DNA of 64,000 nt from Octopus bimaculoides (GCF_001194135.2 NC_068994.1:29020773-29084772); one strand, 5' to 3'. Positions 1 to 10,353 are shown, numbered from the stretch's first letter. Notes: a model not told the origin generated them from the letters alone. Program-made: numbers and translations.

Positions 1-1185
1 ATCTGAATTGCGCACGTCAGCGTTTTAGTGTTTCCTTCACAGGGATTTAAGTCATTTCAGTGTTAAACGGAACACATTTCCTTAGCAGATAGAAAACCAC
101 CACAGACCCTATGTATGTATATATAATATACGTATATTTCTTTGTGTCATTTTGTATGTATTCTGTTCTTACAACTCATCTATTTTGTTTGCTGACTTTC
201 TGTTTACAGACTTCATAATTTCTGTTACCATACATAGCTCATTTTTTTTTCTGTCCTTGTTCGTCCATCATGACTGCTCGTATACATCCCAACAGCCAAA
301 TTGGACAATATCATCAAAGCGAGTCGAAATTGTCTCCAATGTCTGCTTTGACATAGTTTGACATAGTTTCTACGGCTGAATACCTTTTCTAATACCAACT
401 CCTTTACCGAGTGTATTGAATGTTTTTTCGTAGTACAGGCACCAGTGAAGTCACTAAGTAATTCACAGGAAAAGACTCCTCAACTGAGGAGAGTGGATGT
501 AGTATTGAGTGTGGTGACTTTGTGCCAGGTGAAGAGAGGTGACATGAGATACATGACTATTCCAGTAGGAAAAGGAGAGATGGTAAAGAGGCATCAGTTA
601 CATGAAGTGGGTATAACAGAGTACTCCAGAGGATTGGAGAGAGTGAGTGGATGGGTTAATTCGCAAGCTGTAAAAGGAGAGTGGTAGATGGATAGAGATG
701 AGGATAGAGGTGAACGCAGTGAATGGTGAACAGAAGTGGAGGTGTGATGAATGCCAATTTTTTGCTGTGTTTGTGTGTGTGTGTGTGTGGGGGGAATAAA
801 TGAGGTGACTCGCTTTCACTTAATATCCAAACAATTCGCTATGGCTCTTCAGACCTTGCCTGATATAACCATTGGTCTCAGTTTCAACTCCTATGGTCTC
901 AGTTTCAATCCCCATGGTTCTGGTTTCACCTCTGAAAGTTATGGTAAGCCAATTATATCTATCTATCTACACGCACTCATATGTATGTATGTATGTATGT
1001 ATGTATGCATACATGTATGTGTGTATACTATATGAGCATGTGTTGTGTTCTTTTACCCCGAGAAAACGAATTCTGTAATCGAGTGGTTGATAGGATGGAT
1101 TTAAACCTTGAAGACGGTATCCAAGCATTGCCATATTCTAATGACTAAGACAAGTAAAAGATTTTCCAATCATTTTGATTGGTCT

Positions 1186-2377
1186 TGTACTTCTACAGAA
1201 CACAAAAGATGGACAACTGACACTAAACTAAACATACGAAATATTTAATACTTTTTAAAGAAGAACAAGGATTGGCAGAAACGGAAGGTCATCAACATTG
1301 CTTTGCGAGCCTTTGTCTTGGTACTTTTTGAGTTTAAATTCTACCAAGAATCAATTTGGATCTTTCTGATTTGACGGGCAACACTTTTAATTTATGTTTT
1401 ATGTAGTGTTTTTGGTACCGAAACACTTTCAAACTTCGAATACTTGTATATTTTGTGTTATAGAACAGATAAAAATTTTTGTATTCGAAGTTATTTCATG
1501 TAAAAAATTGTTGTATTTCGGTAATTTCAACCAATCACTGACGTCTATTGAGGTGAAAACAATTACTGCCGTGGAATGTAAACAACATGTTCTAACGGTG
1601 TCATGGGATCTTTTCCCTTGAATAAAATTAGTGCCGTAGTTTGTCAACAACAACTATCCGTGGTACTGTTATTCATGACATCGTTCGTGCGTTTGTATTG
1701 GTTTTAGCTTTAGGGTTTTAGGGTTAGGGTTCGGGTTTTAAAGTTAGGGTTAGGGTTAGGGTTATGATTATTTTTGCCATAACCTCACTCATAACCCTAA
1801 CCCTAACCCTAACCTTAAACCCTATAACTCATAACCATAGCCCTAACCCTAACCCCAACCCTAACCCTAACTCTAAAACCCGAACCCTAACCCTAAAACC
1901 CTAAACCCTTACTAGGGAATAATGATATAATTAAACAGGGAATAACACTCTTGACACCGGCAAAAATTATTGTTTACAAAAACAGCAGTGACTGTATTCA
2001 GCTGAATAGACGTCAGTGATTGGTTGAAATTACAGAAATACGACAACTTTAACATGAAATAACTTATTAAGAAAACAATTTTGTTAAGAAGGCTAAGAGA
2101 AAAAGATGTTTTATATGACACATTCTACCAGTATCCCAAATTTGAAAGTGTTTCGTTAAGAAAACAAATGGTGCCCGTCAAATCAGAAAGATCCATGAAT
2201 TTTCCTTCAGTGTTCGTAAAATTACTATTATGCATATTTTGGTGTTGTTTTTTTAAAAATAAACTATATCCTTCCACTTCAAAATTTTGCATCTCTGATG
2301 TACAATATTTTCGTATCATTTATTGTTCAGCAATATCACTTTGTAGGGATCTTTGTAGTATTCAAGTTAGAAGCACA
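1186..2377. mobile_element. Long foldback / long-TIR non-autonomous DNA element (imperfect ~1.2 kb palindrome)
   Basis: Reverse-complement matches: 1358-1380 with 2172-2194 (23 bp perfect), 1419-1433 with 2141-2155 (15 bp perfect), ~1488-1550 with ~2005-2065 (near perfect); weaker match out to 1186/2377. Confidence 0.8.
1709..1908. repeat. Head-to-head telomere-like repeats: (TTAGGG)n-like tract 1709-1764 facing (CCCTAA)n-like tract 1792-1908
   Basis: Directly visible; the variant unit AAAACCCGAACCCTAACCCTAAAA is mirrored in both tracts. Confidence 0.9.
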
Positions 2378-3487
2378 AAATACTGTCTCTAAGACTAGGA
2401 ATCATAGCGCCGGTTACCCGCTTTCCAACCTGTATAAGTGAACGCGAAATGTGACGTTGCACGGTTACTACATTTATTAAATGGTATACTAGAGCAACGT
2501 AAAATAAAATGTTCTACTGAAGAACCCAACCCACCACCCTAACAACTAAGCCACATACCTTCACTTGAAAGTGTGAAAATGACACAATAATTGTGGATTT
2601 ATACATGAAAATCATGCCTTTCCTACGAAAACTTCCGTAAAATTATTCGGTTTTTCAAAAATTAACCATGTATTAAAATCACTTTCCCCCACTTTTCTGA
2701 TGGATCGAAATCAATGAATATAAAATAGATATTAAAAAAACACCACTATTTTTTCGGCTGAATAATCTTAGAAAATTCTTTCATAAATTGTATGTAATGC
2801 AAGGGAGATAACTAGATCCACAATAATCACGACTGAGAATTATAAAAAAAGATCCGATTCAAGTTTTTTTCCAGTTTGTTTATTAATATTTTCTAGTCTT
2901 TATTGTTTTTGAAAATTGCTATTGAAAAAAAAATCTGATATTGAAATTTGAATTTAACTCAAAATCTAATCAAATATATTTGCTATCGATTACTGTTTCT
3001 ACTTTTTAATAAATAAATAAATGAATGATCAATAATTTTGAATTAAATTAAAATTTTAATTCCATATTAAAATATTTAGTTTTATTTATGAATTTTTTGC
3101 CGTTTTATCCATCTGAAATTTTAAACGCAAAATCAAAATAGAAAATCGATACTTTTCTGCAGTTGAAACTTTCGGTAATCCTTCGAAGATGTAAATATCT
3201 TGATGGAGACAATTCCGGTAGCATTATTGATTAGATGATTGATTGATTGATTTAGCGTTCGATTACGTTTTTCGTTTAAGTGGTGTAGGTTGGTTATAAT
3301 CTGGGTTAACGATACAGTTTTATTACTTAGTTGAGTTCCATTCACTCTTGTTTATCTCTCGTAATTGTGATGTTTAAACTCAGGCCCATGCTTTTTGCCT
3401 TATGATTACTACATTTGGGATATTTTATAAATTATTGTGTGACTGTATACAATAAGCTCATTATTATTATTATCATTATTATTTTTC

Positions 3488-3613
3488 CACCGAGGCCGAT
3501 TTCGCCTTTTATCCTTTTGGGGTCGATGAAATAAGTACCTGTCGAACACTGGGGTCGATGTAATCGATTTACTCACCTCCCTTAATATTGCTGGCTTTGT
3601 GCCAAAATTTGAA

Positions 3614-3614
<1 letters not shown>
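3488..3614 (+). mobile_element. tRNA-derived SINE (family A), 5'-truncated, CpGs intact
   Basis: Matches other copies in the window (GGGGTCGATGAAATAAGTACC...GGGGTCGATGTAATCGA). Confidence 0.75.
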
Positions 3615-3645
<31 letters not shown>

Positions 3646-3668
3646 CATCATCATCATCATCATCATCA

Positions 3669-3706
<38 letters not shown>
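3615..3706. repeat. (GAT)n directly followed by (CAT)n: self-complementary microsatellite
   Basis: Seen in sequence. Confidence 0.9.
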
Positions 3707-4089
3707 TAGGATGATGGATTAGGAAAATCTTTAGCCTTTTAGACAAAAATCTTACTGGCATTTCTTTCGTCTTTACTTTCTGAGGTCAACTTTGCCGTTT
3801 ATCCTGTAAGAACGACCGTGCGTTCCCAAAAGGAGAAATGGTGACGAATGGAAAAACAGGGGTCCTTTTATTATAACGCGTCACACGGTCGAACACAAAA
3901 TATATCAAGTGATATATAAATATGTTATACTTCGATAACATAGCGAATTCGTAAATGGCCAGTAAGGAAGACAATATTGAACACAACCGTATGAGAGATG
4001 AATAACATTAATATTTATTGTAGCATTAAAGTGTATATCTGTGTATGAGTGTGAATGCGACATAATAAAACATAATAAAAGACAGGCCG

Positions 4090-4278
4090 TCATGTAAAGA
4101 AAAGAGTGTGTAAGTGATACATGTATGTGTATGCGTGAGATACAGCAGATAGACAAAGTGTCAGTAACACATATAAGAATTTGCCAGTTCTTAGAGTACA
4201 CAATAGTAATAGTCTGTATGTAAGAAGTTGAGGCGTGTGTGGCAGAGCGATCACTCGTCGTGATGCTAGGGCTTCCAT
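4090..4278 (-). CDS. Candidate first coding segment of an unidentified minus-strand gene (MEALASRRVIALPHTPQLLTYRLLLLCTLRTG..., signal-peptide-like)
   Basis: ATG in good context (GGCATGG) downstream of the TATA promoter; hydrophobic N-terminus; no canonical donor found (only a weak CTG|GCAAAT); no homolog recognised. Confidence 0.3.
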   Translation of the reverse strand: MEALASRRVIALPHTPQLLTYRLLLLCTLRTGKFLYVLLTLCLSAVSHAYTYMYHLHTLFFT

Positions 4279-4392
4279 GCCAAGCCGGGTTCTGGTATAC
4301 AGATGTTCGTCGCAGGCTAGGTTCTTGTCTGTTGTCTATCGTGGCGAAGGTGAATCGCACAAACAGAGTTAGAAGTTCTGCGGTAGTTTTGG

Positions 4393-4416
4393 TTAGCTGG
4401 TGTACGTAGAAGTCAT
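4393..4416 (-). other. 7-codon upstream ORF (MTSTYTS*) in the putative 5' UTR
   Basis: ATG 4416-4414, TAA 4395-4393; lies between the putative TSS (~4630) and ATG 4278. Confidence 0.4.
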
Positions 4417-4625
4417 GTTGACGATGTTGGCGATGCTGGTGGCGAATCTTGTAGTTCGTAGTTGAAGTGGTGTTGACGCTGGTGGCGACGATGGTGGTAG
4501 TCGTAGTGTCGTGTTGACTGGCGGCAGCGATGCTGGTAGTTGTCGTTGGAGATGCTGTTGATGTAGTCGCTGGAACTGCTGCTGCTGCTCTGTGTGGTAC
4601 ACGGAACAGGTCTCTAAGAGATCTG

Positions 4626-4801
4626 AACTGAGACGAATTTGCTGGTTATCTAGCAGTCTATTTATAGCTGAAAGTAGGCTCCGATGGAGTATTAGAAAAA
4701 CACTATCACGTGACCTTATTAGGAGCTGTGATTGGTCAGTTTGCGTTCTGGCGGGAACGGTACGAAGCAGTTGCCGCTTCAAATAATAATTAGTCATGTG
4801 A
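4626..4801 (-). promoter_or_regulatory. Pol II core/proximal promoter: TATAAATA (4666-4659), Inr-like TCAGTT (4631-4626), GGTCACGTGA E-box (4706-4715), CCAAT (4731-4735), E2F-like TTCCCGCCA (4749-4757), Myb CAACTG (4768-4773), TTTGAA (4778-4783), M-box AGTCATGTGA (4792-4801)
   Basis: Dense cluster of canonical motifs in a GC/CpG-rich non-repeat island; TATA-to-Inr spacing is ~32-37 bp. Confidence 0.7.
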
Positions 4802-4840
4802 TGGATACAGTAGCCTGCTCTCCGCTACGCCCGCGCTTGT

Positions 4841-4891
4841 TTATATATAATAGCGGGGAAGATGGCTTCTCCGTATATAATGGCGATAGGT
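4841..4891 (+). promoter_or_regulatory. Possible divergent start: TATA-like TTATATATAA, YY1-like AAGATGGC/AATGGCG, ATG 4862 micro-exon MASPYIMAI(G) with donor AG|GTAGTT at 4890
   Basis: Motifs seen in sequence; no downstream exon identified. Confidence 0.3.
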
Positions 4892-5159
4892 AGTTTCACT
4901 ACAATCCTTTTAGTGTTGATAGAATAAGTACCAATCAAGTACTGGGGTCACTGTAATCCACTTGCCACTTCCCCAAAATTTCAGGACTTGTATTTAAAGT
5001 ACCCATGCTGGCATGGGTTTGACAGTTTGACTGGAGCTGATGAGCCAGAGAGTTGCACATGGTTCCAGTTTGATTTGGCAAGGTTTCTATGGCTGGATGA
5101 CCCTCCTAACTGCAACCACTCCAGGAGTGTAATAGATGCTTTTACATGCTATCAGCACA

Positions 5160-5472
5160 GGTGCCATTTACATGACACTGGCAATGATCACAATTATGAT
5201 TCATGAGTGCCATTTATATGGCACTAGCAACGACTACAACTATGATTCACGGGTACCATTTAAAGGGCACCAGCAACAACTACAACTACAATTCATGGGT
5301 GCCATTTACATGGCACTGGCAGCGACCAAGACTATGATTCACGGGTCCTATGTAAATGGCACTGGCAATGACCATGACAATTCATGTGTGCCCTTCACAT
5401 GGTACCTGCAACGACCATGACTACGATTCACAGGTGCCATTTACATGACACTGGCACGGCCACAATTATGAT
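5160..5472. repeat. Seven-unit ~46-bp minisatellite within an RTE-type 3' tail
   Basis: Units such as GGTGCCATTTACATGACACTGGCAATGATCACAATTATGATTCATG at a 46-bp period (one unit of 43 bp). Confidence 0.85.
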
Positions 5473-5596
5473 TTTATTTGACCTGACAAGTCTTCCCACA
5501 TTCGAAGATCATGCTTCACCATCTCGTCCCATGTATTGTTGGGTTTACCTCTTCCACAGGTTCCCTCCACAGTTAGAGATTGGCACTTCTTTACAC

Positions 5597-5798
5597 ACCT
5601 GTCCTCATCCTTATGCATCACATGGTCATACCAGCACAGTTGTCTCTTGCACATTACATCTGATGCCTCTTATGCCTTACTTTTCTCTCAAGNNNNNNNN
5701 NNACCTGTCCTCATCCTTATGCATCACATGGTCATACCAGCACAGTTGTCTCTTGCACATTACATCTGATGCCTCTTATGCCTTACTTTTCTCTCAAG
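5597..5798. other. Probable assembly artefact: 96-bp sequence duplicated on both sides of a 10-N gap (5693-5702)
   Basis: 5597-5692 is identical to 5703-5798. Confidence 0.8.
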
Positions 5799-7551
5799 AT
5801 GCTAACACTCTGTTGTACATGCACACTGACATTGCACATCCAGTGAAACATACTACCTTCATTTCTTTCAAGCCAACACGTGTCCTCAGCAGTCACAGCC
5901 CATGTTTCCCTGTCAAGTAAAGTAGCTGTTCACACACAGGCATCATACAGTCTGCCTTTCATTCCAAGGGAGAGGTCCTTTGTTACCAACAGAAGTAGGA
6001 GCTCTCTGAACTTTGTCCAGCCTATTCTTATTCTTCGCAGCTATGCTCTCAGAGCATCCACCTCCACTACTGACTTGATCACCTAGATAACGGAAGCTAT
6101 CAATTACCTCTAGCTTACCCCACTGGCATTGGATGAAGTCTATTTTCTATACATTTGTAGTGTTTATTGTACCTGTGCACCTGCCACACACAAAGATTAT
6201 TTTCCCAGTCAACCTTTCTCTGATATTGCTGCACCTCTTATGTGTCCATAGCTTACACTAGGCACATCTTGTGGAGTTTCTACCTATACCTTTTCTACAG
6301 ATCAAACAGGACCATCTACCTGAACAGATTTGTGATTTGTCCGCTTTCCTACTTACTAAGACTTTTGTTTTTGCTAGGTTAACTCTTTGATTCTAGAACT
6401 TGCTTCCACACTTGAAAATTCTCCTCTAGTTCTGGAAGTGATTCGGCAATAAGAACAAGGTCATCAGCACAGAAGAGCTCATGCAGGCAGCCCATCTTAA
6501 ATTCCTCTGTTATTGCCTGGAGGACTATGATGAACAGGAGGGGGCTGAGGACTGATCCTTGGTGAACCCCCTACTTATACCCTGAATTTGTTGTTATACT
6601 CGTTGCCAACCATCACCTTACTGACAGCATCCCTGTACATGGCTTGTATGGTTCTCACCAATCACTCATCTTTCCCTAGTTTCTACATTGATCACCAGAT
6701 AAGGGATTGGAGGACCCCATCAAAGGCTTTCTCCTTGTCAACAAAAGTCAAGTACAAAGGTTTCTTTTTGGCTAGGTATTTCTCCTGCAGCTGTCTTACC
6801 AGAAATATAGCATCAGTGATGCTTCTCTCTGGCACAAAATCAAACTGCACCTCATCTAGATTAACTCTCTTCCTAATTAGTTGGGCTATGACTCTCCATA
6901 ACTTTCATTGCCTGATCTAACAGTTTGATACTTCTGTAATTATTTCTATCTAAAGCATTACCTTTACCTTTGTAGTAGTTGACTATGATGCTGCTACACC
7001 AGTCATTGGGTATGACTCCCTTGTGTAGAACCTGATTTACTACTATATGGGTAACTAGACCATACCCCACACCACCAGATATTTTAAGCATCAAAATCCC
7101 CAATGGGCATCAAATCAGTCTCAGTTTTAAGGTGGATGCTATTGGTACTACTGCTCTAAAAACAAGGAAGGCTCATGGATCTATGAGTTATATAATTTTA
7201 TCACATTTCAATGAGAGTGGGAACACAATTTAGTATAATATCCAGGTCCATAAGCATCTGAAGACGATTTTGACCTCAGTACTTCACTAGGGTATTATTT
7301 TATTGATTCTAATGATGATGAAATATAAAGTTAGACTCAATTTTATTTAAACTCAGAACATAAAGGATATGATCTCACCTGATCAAGCAGACTTATGATG
7401 AAAGACCATAACTGTCCTTTTAGTGCTATGCAGGACAATATAATCTGTGTCCTGTCCTTATCTGATATGTCAAGCACAGATGTGGCTATGTGGTTGAGAA
7501 GCTTGTTTCCCAAACAAGTGGGTTTTGGGTTCAGTCCCACTCCACAGCTGA

Positions 7552-7587
<36 letters not shown>

Positions 7588-7926
7588 NNNNNNNNNNNNN
7601 NNNNNNNNNNNNNNNNNNNNNNNNNNNNNNNNNNNNNNNNNNNNNNNNNNNNNNNNNNNNNNNNNNNNNNNNNNNNNNNNNNNNNNNNNNNNNNNNNNNN
7701 NNNNNNNNNNNNNNNNNNNNNNNNNNNNNNNNNNNNNNNNNNNNNNNNNNNNNNNNNNNNNNNNNNNNNNNNNNNNNNNNNNNNNNNNNNNNNNNNNNNN
7801 NNNNNNNNNNNNNNNNNNNNNNNNNNNNNNNNNNNNNNNNNNNNNNNNNNNNNNNNNNNNNNNNNNNNNNNNNNNNNNNNNNNNNNNNNNNNNNNNNNNN
7901 NNNNNNNNNNNNNNNNNNNNNNNNNN

Positions 7927-8575
7927 GAGCTGCCCAGGCTCTGTGTCTGTTTTGGTATGGTCTCTAAGGCTGGATGCCTTTCCAAATGCCAAACACTTTC
8001 CAGGGTGTTCTGCATGTTTTCACGCAGCACCGGTTTGGATGCTGTATACTGGCTTCATTTCTTTCAAGCCTTTGCATGTCCTCAGTACTCACTGCCCACG
8101 TCTCACTGCCATGTAGCATAGCTGTTCATACACAGGCATCATACAATCTGCCTGTCACTCTGAGAAAGAGGCCCTTCACTACTAACAGAGGTAGTAGTTT
8201 TCTGAACTTTTCCCAGCCTATTCTTATTCCAGCAGCTTTGCTTTTGGAACAACCTCCACCACTGCTAACTTAGTCACCTAAGTAATGGAAACTGTCTACT
8301 ATTTTTAAGGATCTCCCCTGGCATTTGAGAGAGTATATTTGTGTACATTCTAGGTGTTTAATGTACCTGCACATCTTCCTCATGTAAAGATTGTTTTCTC
8401 TGTTAGTCTTCCAGTGATACCACTGCACTTCTTGTGTCCATAACTTGTACTTGGTATACTGCATGGAGTTCCTCCTGATACCTACATATAAAGCAGGGCC
8501 ATCTCCTTGAAGGGATCTATGATTTGTCTGTTTTCCTACTTATTAGTACTTAGGTCTTTGCCAAATTAACTCTAA
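7927..8575 (-). mobile_element. RTE LINE fragment (same family as 5000-7105)
   Basis: LKIVDSFHYLGD and CKLWT motifs; clear nucleotide similarity to 5800-6400. Confidence 0.85.
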
Positions 8576-8576
8576 A

Positions 8577-8790
8577 TCTCTTTATCGCTATCATTATAAA
8601 AAGCAAAGTTTGTTTGTTTGTTTGTTTGCACGTTGATCACTGGAAGCACTAAATAAAATTGATAATATTTCAGGTTTTCCATGTCATTTAAATTAATTTG
8701 ACCAGTCTGCAGATAACTGTGCAATTATTAGTGGTGTATTGTCTCCTATTTCTAGCAATCCATGTACAGTATATTTCACCATAATATCGT
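8577..8790 (+). mobile_element. Helitron 5'-end fragment
   Basis: A|TC start, then ATAAAAAG..(GTTT)n..TTGATCACTG; ~120 bp near-identical to 9065-9180. Confidence 0.65.
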
Positions 8791-9063
8791 TGCCAGTGCC
8801 CCTGGACTGGCTCTTGTGTGGGTGGCACATAAAAGACACCATTTTGAGTGTGGCTGTTGCCAGTACCGCCTGACTGGCCATCGTGCGGGTGACACGTAAA
8901 AGCACCCACTACACTCTCTGAGTGGTTGGCATTAGGAAGGGCATCCAGCTGTAGAAACTCTGCCAAATTAGATTGGAGCCTGGTGTTGCCATCTGGTTTC
9001 ACCAGTCCTCAGTCAAATCATCCAACCCATGCTAGCATGGAAAGCAGACGTTAAACGATGATG
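8791..9063 (+). mobile_element. RTE-tail-derived SINE-like repeat ending in (GAT)n
   Basis: GTAAAAGCACC...TTAGGAAGGGCATCCAGC...CCAACCCATGCTAGCATGG; recurs at ~12760, 16700, 21430, 40700 and 48290. Confidence 0.8.
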
Positions 9064-9064
9064 A

Positions 9065-9713
9065 TCTATATCTCTATCCTTATAAAAAGTTTGTTTGTTT
9101 GTTTGTTTCTACATTGATCACTGAAAATACTAAATAAAATTAATAATATTTCAAGTTTTTCATGTCATTTAAATTAATTTCACCATTATTGAAGCAAAAA
9201 TCCTCACTGGATGTGGTAAAGGATGCATTGTATTTATACCTAGAATACCACTAATACCAACAGATGTCTCCTTTTGTTTCAAATGAATGCAATTCCCGGT
9301 GAGAGTCAGTTACTCATTGACCATTAACAAGTCCCAAGTCCCATTAACAAGTCCCATCTAGAAAAAGGCTGTTTCTCACATGGTCAATTGTATGTAGGTT
9401 GTTCCAGAGTAGGAAGCCCACAGAAACTCTTCATATATGCTCCCACCCACCAAAAAAAAGTTAAAAACATTGTATATACTGAAGTTCTGTAAATGTTTTA
9501 TCATTTTCATACAATACATTTCTCAATTATCTATATTAGTTTGTGTATTTAGATATTCTAAACAAATTTGTAAAATTATGTTATGCAATATTCCAATACT
9601 TTTTAACAATTTTTATTGTAAGGAAAATGGGCATTACAAAAGATCCCAATATGTGCCTTGTGAATACATTTCCACATCATATAGACCAGGCCAAAGCCTG
9701 GGAATCCCACTAG
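9065..9713 (+). mobile_element. Non-autonomous Helitron with PIF1-like helicase C-terminal relic
   Basis: 5' A|TC; translation IPRIPLIPTD..FPVRVSYSLTINKSQ..FSHGQLYVGCSRVGS..KNIVYTEVL*; 3' hairpin CCAGGC-CAAA-GCCTGG (9686-9701) then CTAG|T. Confidence 0.92.
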
Positions 9714-9720
9714 TATATAT

Positions 9721-9955
9721 TTAGAAGGCTGTTTGTTATGGCTAGTCAAAGAGTAACTGTTGATTTTGCACCTTTAAAGTGCTTAGCTGTATAGGTGACT
9801 TATCAGGCTCAAATGGCCAGAGGCATACAACATCTCTACACCTGGCTATGTGTCTCTGGCCATTTGAGACTGGTGAGTTGCCTATACAGCTAAGTGTTTT
9901 GTAGGTGCGAAACCAATGGTCTCTCTCTAACTGGCCATAACAAACAACATTCTAA
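9721..9955. mobile_element. Palindromic MITE (~110-bp arms)
   Basis: TTAGAAGGCTGTTTGTTATGGC...GCCATAACAAACAACATTCTAA; arms similar along their whole length; TA-rich flanks. Confidence 0.85.
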
Positions 9956-10074
9956 ATATATTACTGATCTAATGTTTTAGAGTGTGCTTCTTTTTCAGAT
10001 ATATGAACTACTGATGATGTATAATATATATATACAGACACAAACATAATAGAAAAAAGCAAATGGATTATACA

Positions 10075-10353
10075 GTGTTGCTACAAAGTTTCATTAAGAG
10101 ATTTTATTATGACATCACATTGTTCATGCAGGTACATAAAACATGCAACATCTATAAGATTTTTTAATGCTATATATTAAACTGAATCTCCCAGCTCTTC
10201 AAACTCCACCTACCTGCATTATGGTGGAGCCTAAAGAGTTGGAATATTCAGTCTAAAGCATTGCATAATCTTACAGATGTTGCATATCTTGCATACCTGC
10301 ATGTACAACATTATGTCATAATACAATCTCTTAATGAAACATTGTAGTGATAC
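10075..10353. mobile_element. Second palindromic MITE (~130-bp arms)
   Basis: GTTTCATTAAGAGATT...ATGCAACATCT mirrored by AGATGTTGCAT...AATCTCTTAATGAAAC. Confidence 0.85.

Larger units (their letters stand above)
5000..7105 (-). mobile_element. RTE-clade LINE, degenerate ORF2 (RT plus C-terminus) and 3' tail
   Basis: KGKGNALDRNNYRSIKLLDQAMKVME RT motif; C-terminal LCWYDHV...CVKKCQSLTVEG; many stops and frameshifts. Confidence 0.9.

Noticed and set aside
1709-1908. True telomere-telomere chromosome fusion site
   Set aside because: Tracts are short, mirror the same variant units and are enclosed by long non-telomeric inverted arms; a TE origin is more parsimonious
4393-4797. 134-aa Q/P-rich ORF as a protein-coding gene
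   Set aside because: It runs through the TATA/CCAAT promoter itself; better explained as promoter plus CAG/CAA-rich 5' UTR
5160-5472. CRISPR-like array of palindromic repeats
   Set aside because: No unique spacers, no cas genes, eukaryotic context; it is a tandem repeat in an RTE tail
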